Source: Candidatus Altimarinota bacterium
GTDB lineage: Bacteria > Patescibacteriota > Gracilibacteria > UBA1369 > GCA-2718715
Assembly (NCBI GenBank): GCA_041242255.1
Contig: JBESAV010000001.1
Location: 320,001 to 384,000, forward strand
DNA length: 64,000 nucleotides
Direction: 5' to 3'
The position numbers and the translations under genes are program-made. This document shows positions 47,125 to 57,054 of the stretch, piece by piece; the stretch's first letter is position 1; each line of letters begins with the position of its first letter. The notes under the pieces were generated by a model. It worked only from the letters and a program-made list of their open reading frames with translations. It ran no database searches and had not been told where the DNA came from.

Positions 47125-50100
47125 TTACGCTCCAGCTGGCACAAACCTAACTTTGCCAGATTCAGTCAGATTATTCATCAATTTTATAAGTTTTTCATCA
47201 ACCATTCCTTTACTTTTCTGATACATATTTATGATAACTCTTTTCTCTCCAAAGCTAAGGTTAGACAAATCCATAGCTCTATTTTTATCTTTAGCAGCAG
47301 ATAAAAATTTATTGAATTTCCCACCACCTACTAATCCAGCAGAAACACCACCAAGTCTCACCGCCCAGTTAGCTGGGTTACTAACACTTTTTTCAAACTC
47401 AGCAAAAATCTCAGCTTCTCTCCTACTCAACTTCGCCACCGCAATATCCAAACCAGCATTCAAACTAACATCTCCAACCATTTGGCCCGTAAAGTACAAA
47501 GCTTTCTCCCCACTAGACATAAGACCAGTACTAATAGCTTCGTCTCCAGTCAATAAACCTTTTTTTACAGCCTCAGTTGTTAATCCAGTACTTTTCTTGA
47601 GAGCTGATACTCTAAGAGCATTACCAAGTGAGCCACCTCCATATGCACCAAAGAAATTCACTCCTGCCTCTGCACCAATACCAATCATTGCTTCTTCTGT
47701 AGTGTCATAACCCTTTCCATAAATCACATGACTAGCCGTAGTAGCAATTGCCGCCACACTTGTTGCACCAACTAATAGGGAAGTACCACCCGTAAATGGT
47801 GTACTCAAAAGTGAAGCAGCTAAGCTTGCTCCTACCAGACCAGAAAACTTGGCGATAAATACTGCGTTGTGAAAAGTTTCATCAGATATATCCAGCCAAC
47901 CAAATCCTTGTACGTCGGACAAAGTTTCAACAAGTTTCTGTTCACCATTTGAAAACCCACCATCAAACCTTTCCATAAAGTCAGTCAGTCCTCCTGACTC
48001 TGTTAGGGCTTGTTTGGTTGTTTTTAGACAAAGTTCTTTGTAGTCATTAACTCCATTCACCAAGCTCCCTTGATATCTTTTTATATCTACATCGTAACCC
48101 TTCAATGAGTCTCGTAAAACTCTCAAAGTGATATATTTTTCAGAATATTCCTCTACACTTTTAGGTTCATCTAAAGCATGTTTCATAACTGTATCAAGCT
48201 CTCCACCACAAGCTTCATTTATAGCTTTTAACTTATCTTTACTAATTTCACCTAAATCTGATTTAAGCTCATTTTTATATTGCCTGTAATTATTTATCAA
48301 ATTATTGCTAGGGGAGTCCCAGTTACTAGTCACCATCTTTTCTGGTAATCTCAAAGCCTCAACCATTAGAATCAAAGCTGAACTTCCAGATTCTAGTTCC
48401 ATATCAATACTCTCACCTCTACCTGAGATAAACTTCGCAAGTTTATTCACTTTTTCTAAATACTGACTGTAGTCTTCAGGTTTTGACCCAGTGGCCACAA
48501 CTAAATCTCTTTCATTATTTAAATAATTTCTCAAAATATAAAAACATCTCTCGTTAAAATTCTTATAAACTTTTCTAAGGTTTTCACTCTGAAAATTATT
48601 GCTATCTATTTCGGCAGATTTATCTACAAAGTACTCATAAGCTTTCTCAAAGCTTCCAAGGTTTATCATATAGTCACTAACCCTCTTCAACCCCATCTCT
48701 TCATTTAAAGCATTCTTATCTTCTCTTGAGTCACCAATATTTAAGCTTAAATCAATAAACCTGCTACTTTCCTCCTGAATTTTTTCGCCAAGTTTAACTC
48801 TGAAACTAGACTCAATCGGTAATCTGTCATACTTCGCTTGAAGTCTATTGATCTTGTAACCAACAACTTTTACAGCCATATCCATCAAATCTCCTTCTTT
48901 CAAGCTATCTTCATCATAATCAATATCACTGAAGTCAGATTGAAGTTTTTCCAAAAAATCCATATTTGCAAATGCCCCAAGATTCTCAACCCAACCATCA
49001 ACGCTTTCTAGATCACTAACTTCAAAAAACTCTTCGTAGCCACTTATTGATTGATAGTTTTTCCATTCTAAAAGAAATTCTCCTTCAAAAATCTTATCTT
49101 CTAACCTTACCAAAGCCTCACTATCTCCAGCTCTCTCAAATATTTCACGGTTAAATTTCAAATCCAAAATCTGATTCTCCAATTCTTCAAAGCTAGCTTC
49201 TTCATTAAACTCTTTGTTCAGATCCTGTTTCGCACCTTCCAAATCATACTCAGCTTGTAGACTTCTTACATTAAACTCAACCACAGAGTTGGTATAAATT
49301 TTAACAGAACTCTCCTCTCCATTCACACCATCCTCAAGCTTTCTCCCGATCAATCTATCACTTCCACTTTCATAGTTCTTCACTACCATTTTCTCATCAC
49401 CGCGGCTAATTATTCCACCTTCAATCTGACCTTCCATCTCAAAATCTTCTAACAAATCTTGTAACCTAATGAATTTTGCAAAATTATCAAATCTCTCAAA
49501 AAATTCTTCCGAGAGCTTATCTTTATACTTATCTAAAACATCAAACTTCACTACAAACCCATTTGGTGTAGCTCGTGTGAACAAATCTCTAAATAGATCC
49601 CTTTCTTGTGTCACAAAATCACGATAGTCCTTTTTTTCTTTCAGTCTCAACACTTTTCTGACCATAACTTCATCAACTCCCATTTCTTCAAGTGATTTCC
49701 TCTGAATCTGCAGTCGATCAGCCAATAAGTCATTAAAACCATCTATTTGCTTTAAACTAAAAGCCGTAAATCCACTTTTAGGTTTAAAGTTTTCAAAAAT
49801 CCTATCTAACTTAGCAGCACCATCAACTACACTTTTAAACTTCTCATCTAAATCAACATTCATCTTAACCAAGTCATCATCCAGCTCAGGAACTATAAAT
49901 AAACTCAGATCAGTCTCAGATTCCTGCCCAGAATATTTCGACAGTAAAATAGCTGACTCACTCAGTAAATCACCCTTCTCTTCAACTCTTTTCCTCTCCT
50001 CTTCTCGCACTCTAACTTTTTCAGCCACATATTCCAAAATGAACTCTGTAACCTTTTGATCAACTTTATCAATTATTTCATTTTTCTCAGCGTCCCCCCA

Positions 50101-50322
50101 TATATTCTCTGTATTTTCTTCTAGTTTAGAGATCTCATTCAGCAAAATATTCCATTTTTCACGTCTATCTCTTGGTAGTTTATCAGTTGTTTTTTGAGCC
50201 TTCAAAACTAACTCTTTCATTCTTTCTTTAGGGTCTTTTGATTTCAGGTCAAGGTTATCATCCATTTCCTGGATTTCTCTAAAATCGTCCGGAGAACTAA
50301 CAAAACCACCTAAAGCCATCAT
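47125..50322 (-). CDS. Large (1065 aa) helical hypothetical protein with a C-terminal Gly-rich hydrophobic region
   Basis: E/K/D-rich coiled coils followed by GLVGASLAASLLSTPFTGGTSLLVGA and GAYGGGSLG. Confidence 0.8.
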   Translation of the reverse strand: MMALGGFVSSPDDFREIQEMDDNLDLKSKDPKERMKELVLKAQKTTDKLPRDRREKWNILLNEISKLEENTENIWGDAEKNEIIDKVDQKVTEFILEYVAEKVRVREEERKRVEEKGDLLSESAILLSKYSGQESETDLSLFIVPELDDDLVKMNVDLDEKFKSVVDGAAKLDRIFENFKPKSGFTAFSLKQIDGFNDLLADRLQIQRKSLEEMGVDEVMVRKVLRLKEKKDYRDFVTQERDLFRDLFTRATPNGFVVKFDVLDKYKDKLSEEFFERFDNFAKFIRLQDLLEDFEMEGQIEGGIISRGDEKMVVKNYESGSDRLIGRKLEDGVNGEESSVKIYTNSVVEFNVRSLQAEYDLEGAKQDLNKEFNEEASFEELENQILDLKFNREIFERAGDSEALVRLEDKIFEGEFLLEWKNYQSISGYEEFFEVSDLESVDGWVENLGAFANMDFLEKLQSDFSDIDYDEDSLKEGDLMDMAVKVVGYKINRLQAKYDRLPIESSFRVKLGEKIQEESSRFIDLSLNIGDSREDKNALNEEMGLKRVSDYMINLGSFEKAYEYFVDKSAEIDSNNFQSENLRKVYKNFNERCFYILRNYLNNERDLVVATGSKPEDYSQYLEKVNKLAKFISGRGESIDMELESGSSALILMVEALRLPEKMVTSNWDSPSNNLINNYRQYKNELKSDLGEISKDKLKAINEACGGELDTVMKHALDEPKSVEEYSEKYITLRVLRDSLKGYDVDIKRYQGSLVNGVNDYKELCLKTTKQALTESGGLTDFMERFDGGFSNGEQKLVETLSDVQGFGWLDISDETFHNAVFIAKFSGLVGASLAASLLSTPFTGGTSLLVGATSVAAIATTASHVIYGKGYDTTEEAMIGIGAEAGVNFFGAYGGGSLGNALRVSALKKSTGLTTEAVKKGLLTGDEAISTGLMSSGEKALYFTGQMVGDVSLNAGLDIAVAKLSRREAEIFAEFEKSVSNPANWAVRLGGVSAGLVGGGKFNKFLSAAKDKNRAMDLSNLSFGEKRVIINMYQKSKGMVDEKLIKLMNNLTESGKVRFVPAGA

Positions 50323-50528
50323 AGCTCATTAATTAAACTCTCAATTTCTTCCTTTTCTCTTAAGTCATTCCTTGACTCCTTATCTTTCTCAACTGACCTT
50401 TTCTCGTGTTTTAAGGTAGCATTAAACGCCTCAATCTTACCATTAATATCATCAAAACCACCCGATTTCTTCAGTAAATCCACCATTGAATTCCCTCCAA
50501 GCATACTAGCAATTTCTCTTTTCTTCAT
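50319..50528 (-). CDS. Small hypothetical protein coupled to the 1065-aa gene
   Basis: 69 aa with an ATGA overlap, directly downstream of a consensus promoter. Confidence 0.6.
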   Translation of the reverse strand: MKKREIASMLGGNSMVDLLKKSGGFDDINGKIEAFNATLKHEKRSVEKDKESRNDLREKEEIESLINEL

Positions 50529-50548
50529 TTTCTTATTTTAATCATATT

Positions 50549-50577
50549 ATTATATCATAAAAGCCCTTATCTATCAA
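50549..50577 (-). promoter_or_regulatory. Near-consensus sigma70 promoter
   Basis: TTGATA-17 nt-TATAAT with an extended TG on the minus strand. Confidence 0.7.
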
Positions 50578-50602
50578 AAAAAGCCGGCCTTTCAGCCGGC
50601 TA
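50576..50602 (-). terminator. Rho-independent terminator
   Basis: Minus strand AGCCGGCT-GAA-AGGCCGGCT followed by a T-run. Confidence 0.85.
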
Positions 50603-50606
50603 AGGT

Positions 50607-50726
50607 TTACTCACTAAACTCTATATCTACCTCTTCTTGCTCGCATCCTTTTTCTTGGTACAAAGATAAAGTCCCCATACCAATAACAAAAATCATGAAC
50701 ACAAGTACTTTAATCACCTTTTTCAT
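50607..50726 (-). CDS. Unannotated 39-aa single-TM small protein MKKVIKVLVFMIFVIGMGTLSLYQEKGCEQEEVDIEFSE
   Basis: Strong SD GGAGGTG 5 nt upstream and a terminator immediately downstream. Confidence 0.65.
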   Translation of the reverse strand: MKKVIKVLVFMIFVIGMGTLSLYQEKGCEQEEVDIEFSE

Positions 50727-50865
50727 GAGTCCACCTCCAGGACTTTAGCACTCCCTCTAGGGGAGACATTTATGTCACCACCAGGAACTTACACTAACTT
50801 TATTAAATTTTAAAGATTGAACTTCTTACCTATCTCCACTAAATTAACACCACCAAAAAAAACAT

Positions 50866-51801
50866 ATGGAATATAGGAAAATCATTCAAGACTCATGGGA
50901 TTTCGCCCAGAACAATCGTTCAATAATGTTCTTATACGCCTTTTTGCCTGCGATTCTCAATGCTATTTTTAGCTTCTGCTTCATTGCTTATCAGTTTTAT
51001 TCCCTCAAGCATTCTCCAAACCTCAATCAAGGCTCAAGCGATCTTTTTGAAAACATAATGAACTTCATTAACCAAATTATCCAAACCCACCCAGAAGCCC
51101 TACTTCCTACGGCTATATTAGTTGTAGTTTATCTTTTAGCTTATACCTTTATCCCAATTATCTCAAAAGGGGCAATAGTCCAGCTTGCCGCAAGAATCCG
51201 CAACAACCAAACTCCCAAACTTCTCTCAGGAATCGGCTACGGTCTCCGTAGTTTTTTGCCACTGTTTGGTTTCAATCTTTTCTTAAACATTTTCTCATTA
51301 AGTACTATTGTAAGTTACTTTCTAATGGTTTTTAGAAATTTCAGTATCGAAACAACCAAGCTCTTCATACCAATTTTCATTGTATTATTTTTCGTTGGAG
51401 TAATAATGAGCTTCCTGTTCGCCTTCGCCGAAAACTATATAGTAATCGACGACAAACCAGTCGATAATTCAATTTTAGAAAGCTCAAAGTTAGTCCTAGA
51501 GCATTGGACTGAAACTATTTTCGTTCTGATCTTAATGGGATTAATTGCCCTGCGAATAATACTTAATATGCTTCTAATCTTCCTTATACCCCTAGCTATC
51601 TCTGTTGGAATAAGTTTCTTTGCCACCATCAATATCGCCAACATCGGCTACATTCTTTTCTTTGCAATACTTATTTTCTCAACTTACGTCATCGGCTACA
51701 TAGGCGGAACCTTTATACTTTTCGCCAATGCTGTTTGGACCTTCACCTTCCTTGAGCTAACTGGATCTAAATCCAAATCTCCAAGAACCCAAGTTGCTTA
51801 G
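50866..51801 (+). CDS. Hypothetical polytopic membrane protein
   Basis: 311 aa with about six TMs and a FAENYIVIDD...ESSKLV pattern typical of conserved membrane-domain proteins. Confidence 0.75.
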   Translation: MEYRKIIQDSWDFAQNNRSIMFLYAFLPAILNAIFSFCFIAYQFYSLKHSPNLNQGSSDLFENIMNFINQIIQTHPEALLPTAILVVVYLLAYTFIPIISKGAIVQLAARIRNNQTPKLLSGIGYGLRSFLPLFGFNLFLNIFSLSTIVSYFLMVFRNFSIETTKLFIPIFIVLFFVGVIMSFLFAFAENYIVIDDKPVDNSILESSKLVLEHWTETIFVLILMGLIALRIILNMLLIFLIPLAISVGISFFATINIANIGYILFFAILIFSTYVIGYIGGTFILFANAVWTFTFLELTGSKSKSPRTQVA

Positions 51802-52466
51802 TCAATAAACAAAAACTCGTTCAACTTAGCAATCTGCTTACAAATCTCTAACACTTTTTCTTCAAACCTATCCCCAATAACTTCTTTATCTGAAAGATTT
51901 TTTGAGACAGTAAAGCTCTTCATTCTTAAAAATTCAATCCCAGGATGATCTTCGCTATAAGCTCTAGGCGAAGTCTTTAAACGATTTTCTTGGCTTAAAC
52001 CATCAGGGAAAACCTTTTTAAATTCCTTATCTTTTAGAATTTTATCAAGTTGTACGTACTTAGTATCTATTTTCTTACGAATTCTCTTCAAGATCTTGGA
52101 GCTAGGCATATGAATTCCACCAGCCACAAAAGAATTACCCGGCTCTACATGAATATAATATACCGGAAAGCCATCTTTCATCTTCCCTTCAAAAATCTCA
52201 CCTGACAAAGAAGTTTTATAAGGTGTCTTATCTTTAGTAAAACGCATATCTCTATATATCCGAAAGGCTTTGGTCTTCGAATCAACATTACCTGGATTAA
52301 TATTTAAATGATCATCAAACCTTTGTAGCTTCAAAGCTACGTTCTGAATACTCTCCAAAAGTTCACTCTTCAGAGTCTTATATCTATCTTTTTGCCCCTC
52401 AAACCACTTACGATTATTGTTGTTTTTTACCTCTTTCAGAAATTCAAGGTGATCTTTCCTTAACAT
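51798..52466 (-). CDS. DUF2461 / TIGR02453 family protein
   Basis: FLKEVKNNNNRKWF, FRIYRDMRFTKDKTPYKT and YIHVEPG motifs. Confidence 0.92.
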   Translation of the reverse strand: MLRKDHLEFLKEVKNNNNRKWFEGQKDRYKTLKSELLESIQNVALKLQRFDDHLNINPGNVDSKTKAFRIYRDMRFTKDKTPYKTSLSGEIFEGKMKDGFPVYYIHVEPGNSFVAGGIHMPSSKILKRIRKKIDTKYVQLDKILKDKEFKKVFPDGLSQENRLKTSPRAYSEDHPGIEFLRMKSFTVSKNLSDKEVIGDRFEEKVLEICKQIAKLNEFLFID

Positions 52467-52527
52467 AATTTATAATTAACCAGATAAATTATACCAAAGC
52501 CTCACCCAAATAATCTAATCCAATCCA

Positions 52528-53751
52528 ATGTCTCTCACTTTATTAATAATTTCTCTAGTCTCTGGACTTCTGACTGTACTAGCTCCATGTGTTCTCCCAC
52601 TCCTACCAGTCATCATCGGGGGGAGCCTAAGCAAAGATAAACTAAGACCACCATATCTGATCATCACATCGCTTTGTCTTTCTATTGTGATTTTCACTAT
52701 TCTACTGAAAACCAGCGTCGTTTCACTTGGCCTCCATCCTAATACTATCAAGTACTTCTCAGCAGGATTAGTTTTACTACTAGGTATCATCACACTCTTC
52801 CCTCAAATCTGGGATAAACTGAGCTTCAAACTAGGGCTATCTCAAGGTTCAAACCAACTCCTAGAAAAAGCCAACACCAAAAGTGGTGCAGTAAAAGATA
52901 TTTTAACAGGTATATCATTAGGTCCAGTTTTCTCCAGTTGTAGCCCGACCTATTTCCTTATCTTAGCAACAGTTTTACCTCAAAACTTTTTCAATGGATT
53001 AATAGCTCTATTAGTTTACTCATTTGGTTTATCTTTAAGTTTATTTGCCATTTCCATTCTCGGACAAAAGCTAGTTAAAAAACTAAAGTGGGCCGCCAAT
53101 CCGCATGGAAACTTCAAGAAAGTTATTGGTGTTATTTTCATTTTAGTTTCAATCGCAATTTTCACCGGATTCGATAAAAAAATAGAAGCCAAGATCTTAG
53201 ACAGCGGATTCTTTGATGTCACTCAATTCGAGAACCAACTATTAGAAAAAACCGAACCAATGCCAGAGGAAGAATCTTCAAGTCCAGAGGCATCAAACCC
53301 AAACCTTCAATCCTACACAGAGATAAAGGGCCCAACCGACTATCTAAACACGGATGAAGAGTTCCTCCTACAAGATCTAGTAGGAGAAAAAGTGGTTCTA
53401 GTAAATTTTATGACTTATGAATGTATCAACTGCCAAAGAACTTTTCCATACACCAACGATTGGTACGAAAAATATCAAGATCAAGGCCTAGAAATTGTAG
53501 GAATCCACACCCCTGAATTCAATCACGAAAAAAACATTAACAACGTCGAGGCAGCCCTTGAAAGATTTGATATCCAGTTTCCAGTCGTTTTAGACAACAA
53601 CAAAGAAACTTGGCGTGCATACCAAAATAGATTTTGGCCAAGAAGGTACATCATCGATAAAGATGGCTACGTAGTTTACGACCATATCGGAGAAGGGGAG
53701 TATGAAGAAACCGAAAAAGTTATCCAAGAAGAATTAGCTCGACTAAACTAA
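52528..53751 (+). CDS. DipZ-like CcdA/DsbD-thioredoxin fusion
   Basis: LAPCVLPLLP and FSSCSPT in the TM domain, CINC, GIHTPEF and NRFWP in the thioredoxin domain. Confidence 0.9.
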   Translation: MSLTLLIISLVSGLLTVLAPCVLPLLPVIIGGSLSKDKLRPPYLIITSLCLSIVIFTILLKTSVVSLGLHPNTIKYFSAGLVLLLGIITLFPQIWDKLSFKLGLSQGSNQLLEKANTKSGAVKDILTGISLGPVFSSCSPTYFLILATVLPQNFFNGLIALLVYSFGLSLSLFAISILGQKLVKKLKWAANPHGNFKKVIGVIFILVSIAIFTGFDKKIEAKILDSGFFDVTQFENQLLEKTEPMPEEESSSPEASNPNLQSYTEIKGPTDYLNTDEEFLLQDLVGEKVVLVNFMTYECINCQRTFPYTNDWYEKYQDQGLEIVGIHTPEFNHEKNINNVEAALERFDIQFPVVLDNNKETWRAYQNRFWPRRYIIDKDGYVVYDHIGEGEYEETEKVIQEELARLN

Positions 53752-53778
53752 AAAGACCCTCCATCCGGAAGGTCTTTT
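53750..53778. terminator. Bidirectional terminator
   Basis: AAAAGACC...GGTCTTTT inverted repeat between convergent genes. Confidence 0.75.
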
Positions 53779-53786
53779 GGGTAGCT

Positions 53787-54368
53787 TTAGCAGTCTAATA
53801 GTTCATAGTCCAATGTTGCCAGCTCTAGTGCATCTTTATTTTTGATCTCGATAGATTTAACTCCTTCTAAATCTTCCTCTCCAGCTTCTTTAAGAAGTTT
53901 TTGAAGATTCTCCCACTCTTTATCTCCTGAATTGAATGTATTTAGAAGAATAACTTTATACGGATCAACTTCCTCGATCAAAACCATCATATCTGATTCT
54001 GACAGTTCACTTGATAGTATCAATACATCTACATTTCCAAATTCAGCAATCTTTTTCTTATCAGGTACTTTCTTCAACGGAGCAACAACACATAGTCTCA
54101 CTCCATCCACTTCCATACTCTGAGTTCTTACTTCTTTCTTTCCAGTGTCATGAGCAATCGAATGAACCAAAACTCCCTTCGCTTCATATTCTCCAGGCCA
54201 GTCAAAAACTTTGTATCCTTCATCTTCCTCAAGTTTTTTTTCATCAAAAGTTGTTAAAACAATTTGAGGTTTATGTTTTTTTATTCCCTCTTTTGTAGGG
54301 TTTACAAGTATCTTTGCATCCTGTCCCTCAATACTCAATAAGGCACCATCAACTGATTTTATTTGCAT
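53787..54368 (-). CDS. Metallo-beta-lactamase-fold protein (Lactamase_B_3-like, degenerate metal site)
   Basis: FDWPGEYEAKGV, GNVDVLIL and IEEVDP motifs. The His-containing metal motifs appear lost. Confidence 0.7.
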   Translation of the reverse strand: MQIKSVDGALLSIEGQDAKILVNPTKEGIKKHKPQIVLTTFDEKKLEEDEGYKVFDWPGEYEAKGVLVHSIAHDTGKKEVRTQSMEVDGVRLCVVAPLKKVPDKKKIAEFGNVDVLILSSELSESDMMVLIEEVDPYKVILLNTFNSGDKEWENLQKLLKEAGEEDLEGVKSIEIKNKDALELATLDYELLDC

Positions 54369-54462
54369 ATATCTCATTAAATTCTGCAAGGATTCTAGCA
54401 AAATTAGCCTATTTACTAAAGTCCAAATAATCTATAATTAAACCAAACCTAATACAAAGTTT

Positions 54463-55689
54463 ATGTTCAGCATCAAGTCAGTTTTCGCCCGTGAAGTCTT
54501 AGATTCAAGAGGAAATCCAACCGTTGAGTTAGAAATGATTTCAAGTCACGGTGATAAAGCCTGGACTCAAGTGCCATCTGGTGCATCGACAGGAAGTTTT
54601 GAAGCTCATGAACTACGCGATGAAGACCCTAAAAGGTTCCATGGAAAAGGAGTACTCCGAGCATGCCAAAACATAAACAAGAATATCAAAAACCACATCC
54701 TCGGATTCAAACTAGGTAACCAAGAAGAATTCGATAAGCTACTTCTAGAGCTAGATGGAACACCAAACAAAACAAACCTAGGTGCAAACGCCATCCTAGC
54801 TTGTTCACTAGCTTACGCCCGCTTATCAGCCCAATGCAATAAGCAGCACCTGTACCAATACCTATCACCAGACCAACCAAAACTTCCTGTTCCTATGTTC
54901 AATCTGATCAATGGAGGAAAACACGGGGGTGGAAACATTGATATCCAAGAGTTCATGATAGTTCCACACGGGATCAAAACTTTCCAAGAACAATACCGTG
55001 CAGCCAGCGAAATCTTCCATACCCTCAAGAAAATCCTTAAAGAACTAGGCTTCAGCACAGCAGTAGGGGACGAGGGTGGATTCGCTCCTGCTCTTGAGTC
55101 AAATTTCCAAGCCCTTGATCTACTTTCTGAAGCAGTTGATAAATCAGGTTATAAGCTAGGTGAAGAAGTATCTTTCGCTCTAGATGTTGCAGCTAGCGAA
55201 ATCTTCCAAGACAACAAATACACATTTGATGGAAAGCAAATTTCATCAGATGAACTCCAAAAACATTATGAAAAAATGATGCAAGAATACCCAATGCTAT
55301 CCATAGAGGATCCATTCCACGAGGAAGACTGGGCTGCTTGGTCAAAATTCAAAAAAGCCAACGGTGAGCAAGTTCAAATAGTAGGTGACGATCTAACTGT
55401 AACCAATCCAGAACGCATCAAAAAAGCCATCAAGGAAAAAGCCATCAATTCCACTCTGATCAAGCTAAATCAAATCGGAACCCTAACTGAAACTTTAGAG
55501 GCCATCAAAGTTGCCCGCTCCGACAAACAAACTGTAGTTATTTCTCACAGAAGCGGGGAGACGGAAGACAACTTCATCGCTGATTTTTCAGCAGCCATTC
55601 AAGCCGAATATATCAAAACAGGATCGGTCTCAAGAATCGAAAGAATCGCTAAATACAACCAACTCCTCAGAATCGAAGAAAAGATATAA
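54463..55689 (+). CDS. eno: Enolase
   Basis: DSRGNPTVE, PSGASTG, GDEGGFAP, VGDDL and SHRSGETED motifs. Confidence 0.98.
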   Translation: MFSIKSVFAREVLDSRGNPTVELEMISSHGDKAWTQVPSGASTGSFEAHELRDEDPKRFHGKGVLRACQNINKNIKNHILGFKLGNQEEFDKLLLELDGTPNKTNLGANAILACSLAYARLSAQCNKQHLYQYLSPDQPKLPVPMFNLINGGKHGGGNIDIQEFMIVPHGIKTFQEQYRAASEIFHTLKKILKELGFSTAVGDEGGFAPALESNFQALDLLSEAVDKSGYKLGEEVSFALDVAASEIFQDNKYTFDGKQISSDELQKHYEKMMQEYPMLSIEDPFHEEDWAAWSKFKKANGEQVQIVGDDLTVTNPERIKKAIKEKAINSTLIKLNQIGTLTETLEAIKVARSDKQTVVISHRSGETEDNFIADFSAAIQAEYIKTGSVSRIERIAKYNQLLRIEEKI

Positions 55690-55713
55690 AAAAAGCCCTT
55701 CAAAGGGCTTTTT
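55688..55713. terminator. Bidirectional terminator between eno and hisS
   Basis: AAAAAAAGCCCTT-CA-AAGGGCTTTTT. Confidence 0.88.
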
Positions 55714-55721
55714 CTTTGTTC

Positions 55722-56975
55722 TTAAATCGACATCTCTTCCTGCTCTCCACTACTCATGTCCTTTACAACTAGAGTTCGATCTTTTTCATATTTCCCAACT
55801 TCATCTTCTCCAAGTACAACCACTTTATTGATACCTCGTCTTTCAGCATACTTAAACTGTTTACTTAGCTTCAGGTTGTCACCCATGTATACCTCAACAG
55901 TTTTGCCACTTTCTCGTAATACATCAGCTACTTTCATAGCTTTCAACCTTAAAGAATCATCAAATACAGTCACCAAGTATTCGGCAACTACATCAACATT
56001 ATCCAATAAGCCTTGCTCTTCCATAACATCAACAACTCGATCAAATCCAAGCCCAAAACCAATTCCAGAAAGTACTTCCTTACTAAACATCCCAAGCAAA
56101 TCATCATACCTACCTCCAGAACATATCGAACCAATCTCCGATCCTTCTACGAAAGTCTCCATGACCATTCCCGTGTAATAATCCAATCCACGAGCCATAC
56201 TCGGATCAAACTCTACATATTCTTGTAGCCCAAGCTCACAGACCATTTCCCAAATCTCTTCAATCCTTTCAGTCGAGTAGTCAGACATATCTACCAGCCT
56301 AGTCTCAGAGTCTCCTGACCTTTCTAGTAAGACGTTAATGATCTCCAAATTTCCTTTACCATCAAGCAGTTCCAAAACCTTCTCAACCCCAATCTTATCA
56401 ACCTTATCAATAGTTGATATAACTTCACTTTTATCACTTTCATCTACTCCTGCCACTTTCAAAACACTCTCCAAAAATTTCCTATCCGAAAACTTTACTT
56501 TAAATCCTTTCACTCCAAGCTCTTTCAAAACGCTCACCACCACTTGAATAACCTCAATATCACTCAACACACTCTCGCTACCAATAATATCGATATCACA
56601 TTGCGTAAATTGTCTGTACCTTCCTTTCTGAGGCTTATCTGCTCTGAATACATTCCCAATCTGAAACCTTTTATAAGGTCGAACTAACGTCCCTAAATTC
56701 TCAGCTACATATCTAGCAAATGGAACTGTTTGGTCATATCTCATCGCAACCTCGCGATCACCATTGTCGGTAAAGTTGTAGGTCAACTGATCACCTTCGT
56801 CTCCATATTTTCCAAGTAAAATCTCAGAATACTCCAAAATAGGCGTTTCAATCTCTGCATAACCAAACCTACGGAAAACATCACGTATAATTTTCTCAAC
56901 ATGTTTTCTCTTAGCCATTTCAACCTGGTCAAAGTCTCTAAATCCCTTTAAAACCTTTGGTTCAATGATACTCAT
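55722..56975 (-). CDS. hisS: Histidine--tRNA ligase
   Basis: KGFRDF, RYDQTVPFAR, GRYRQFTQCD, RGLDYYTG and GGRYD motifs. Confidence 0.98.
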   Translation of the reverse strand: MSIIEPKVLKGFRDFDQVEMAKRKHVEKIIRDVFRRFGYAEIETPILEYSEILLGKYGDEGDQLTYNFTDNGDREVAMRYDQTVPFARYVAENLGTLVRPYKRFQIGNVFRADKPQKGRYRQFTQCDIDIIGSESVLSDIEVIQVVVSVLKELGVKGFKVKFSDRKFLESVLKVAGVDESDKSEVISTIDKVDKIGVEKVLELLDGKGNLEIINVLLERSGDSETRLVDMSDYSTERIEEIWEMVCELGLQEYVEFDPSMARGLDYYTGMVMETFVEGSEIGSICSGGRYDDLLGMFSKEVLSGIGFGLGFDRVVDVMEEQGLLDNVDVVAEYLVTVFDDSLRLKAMKVADVLRESGKTVEVYMGDNLKLSKQFKYAERRGINKVVVLGEDEVGKYEKDRTLVVKDMSSGEQEEMSI

Positions 56976-57054
56976 GAAAAGAAAATTAAAAATACGTATT
57001 TGACGCTAATAAACTTAAAGTTTAATTTATCTTTAGTCAATAAACCCAAGATCA

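Noticed and set aside
46749-47125. 12-bp direct repeat ACCCGGATTTCT flanking rpsO
   Set aside because: It is short, one copy is part of a terminator hairpin, and no mobile element is associated. It is probably chance.
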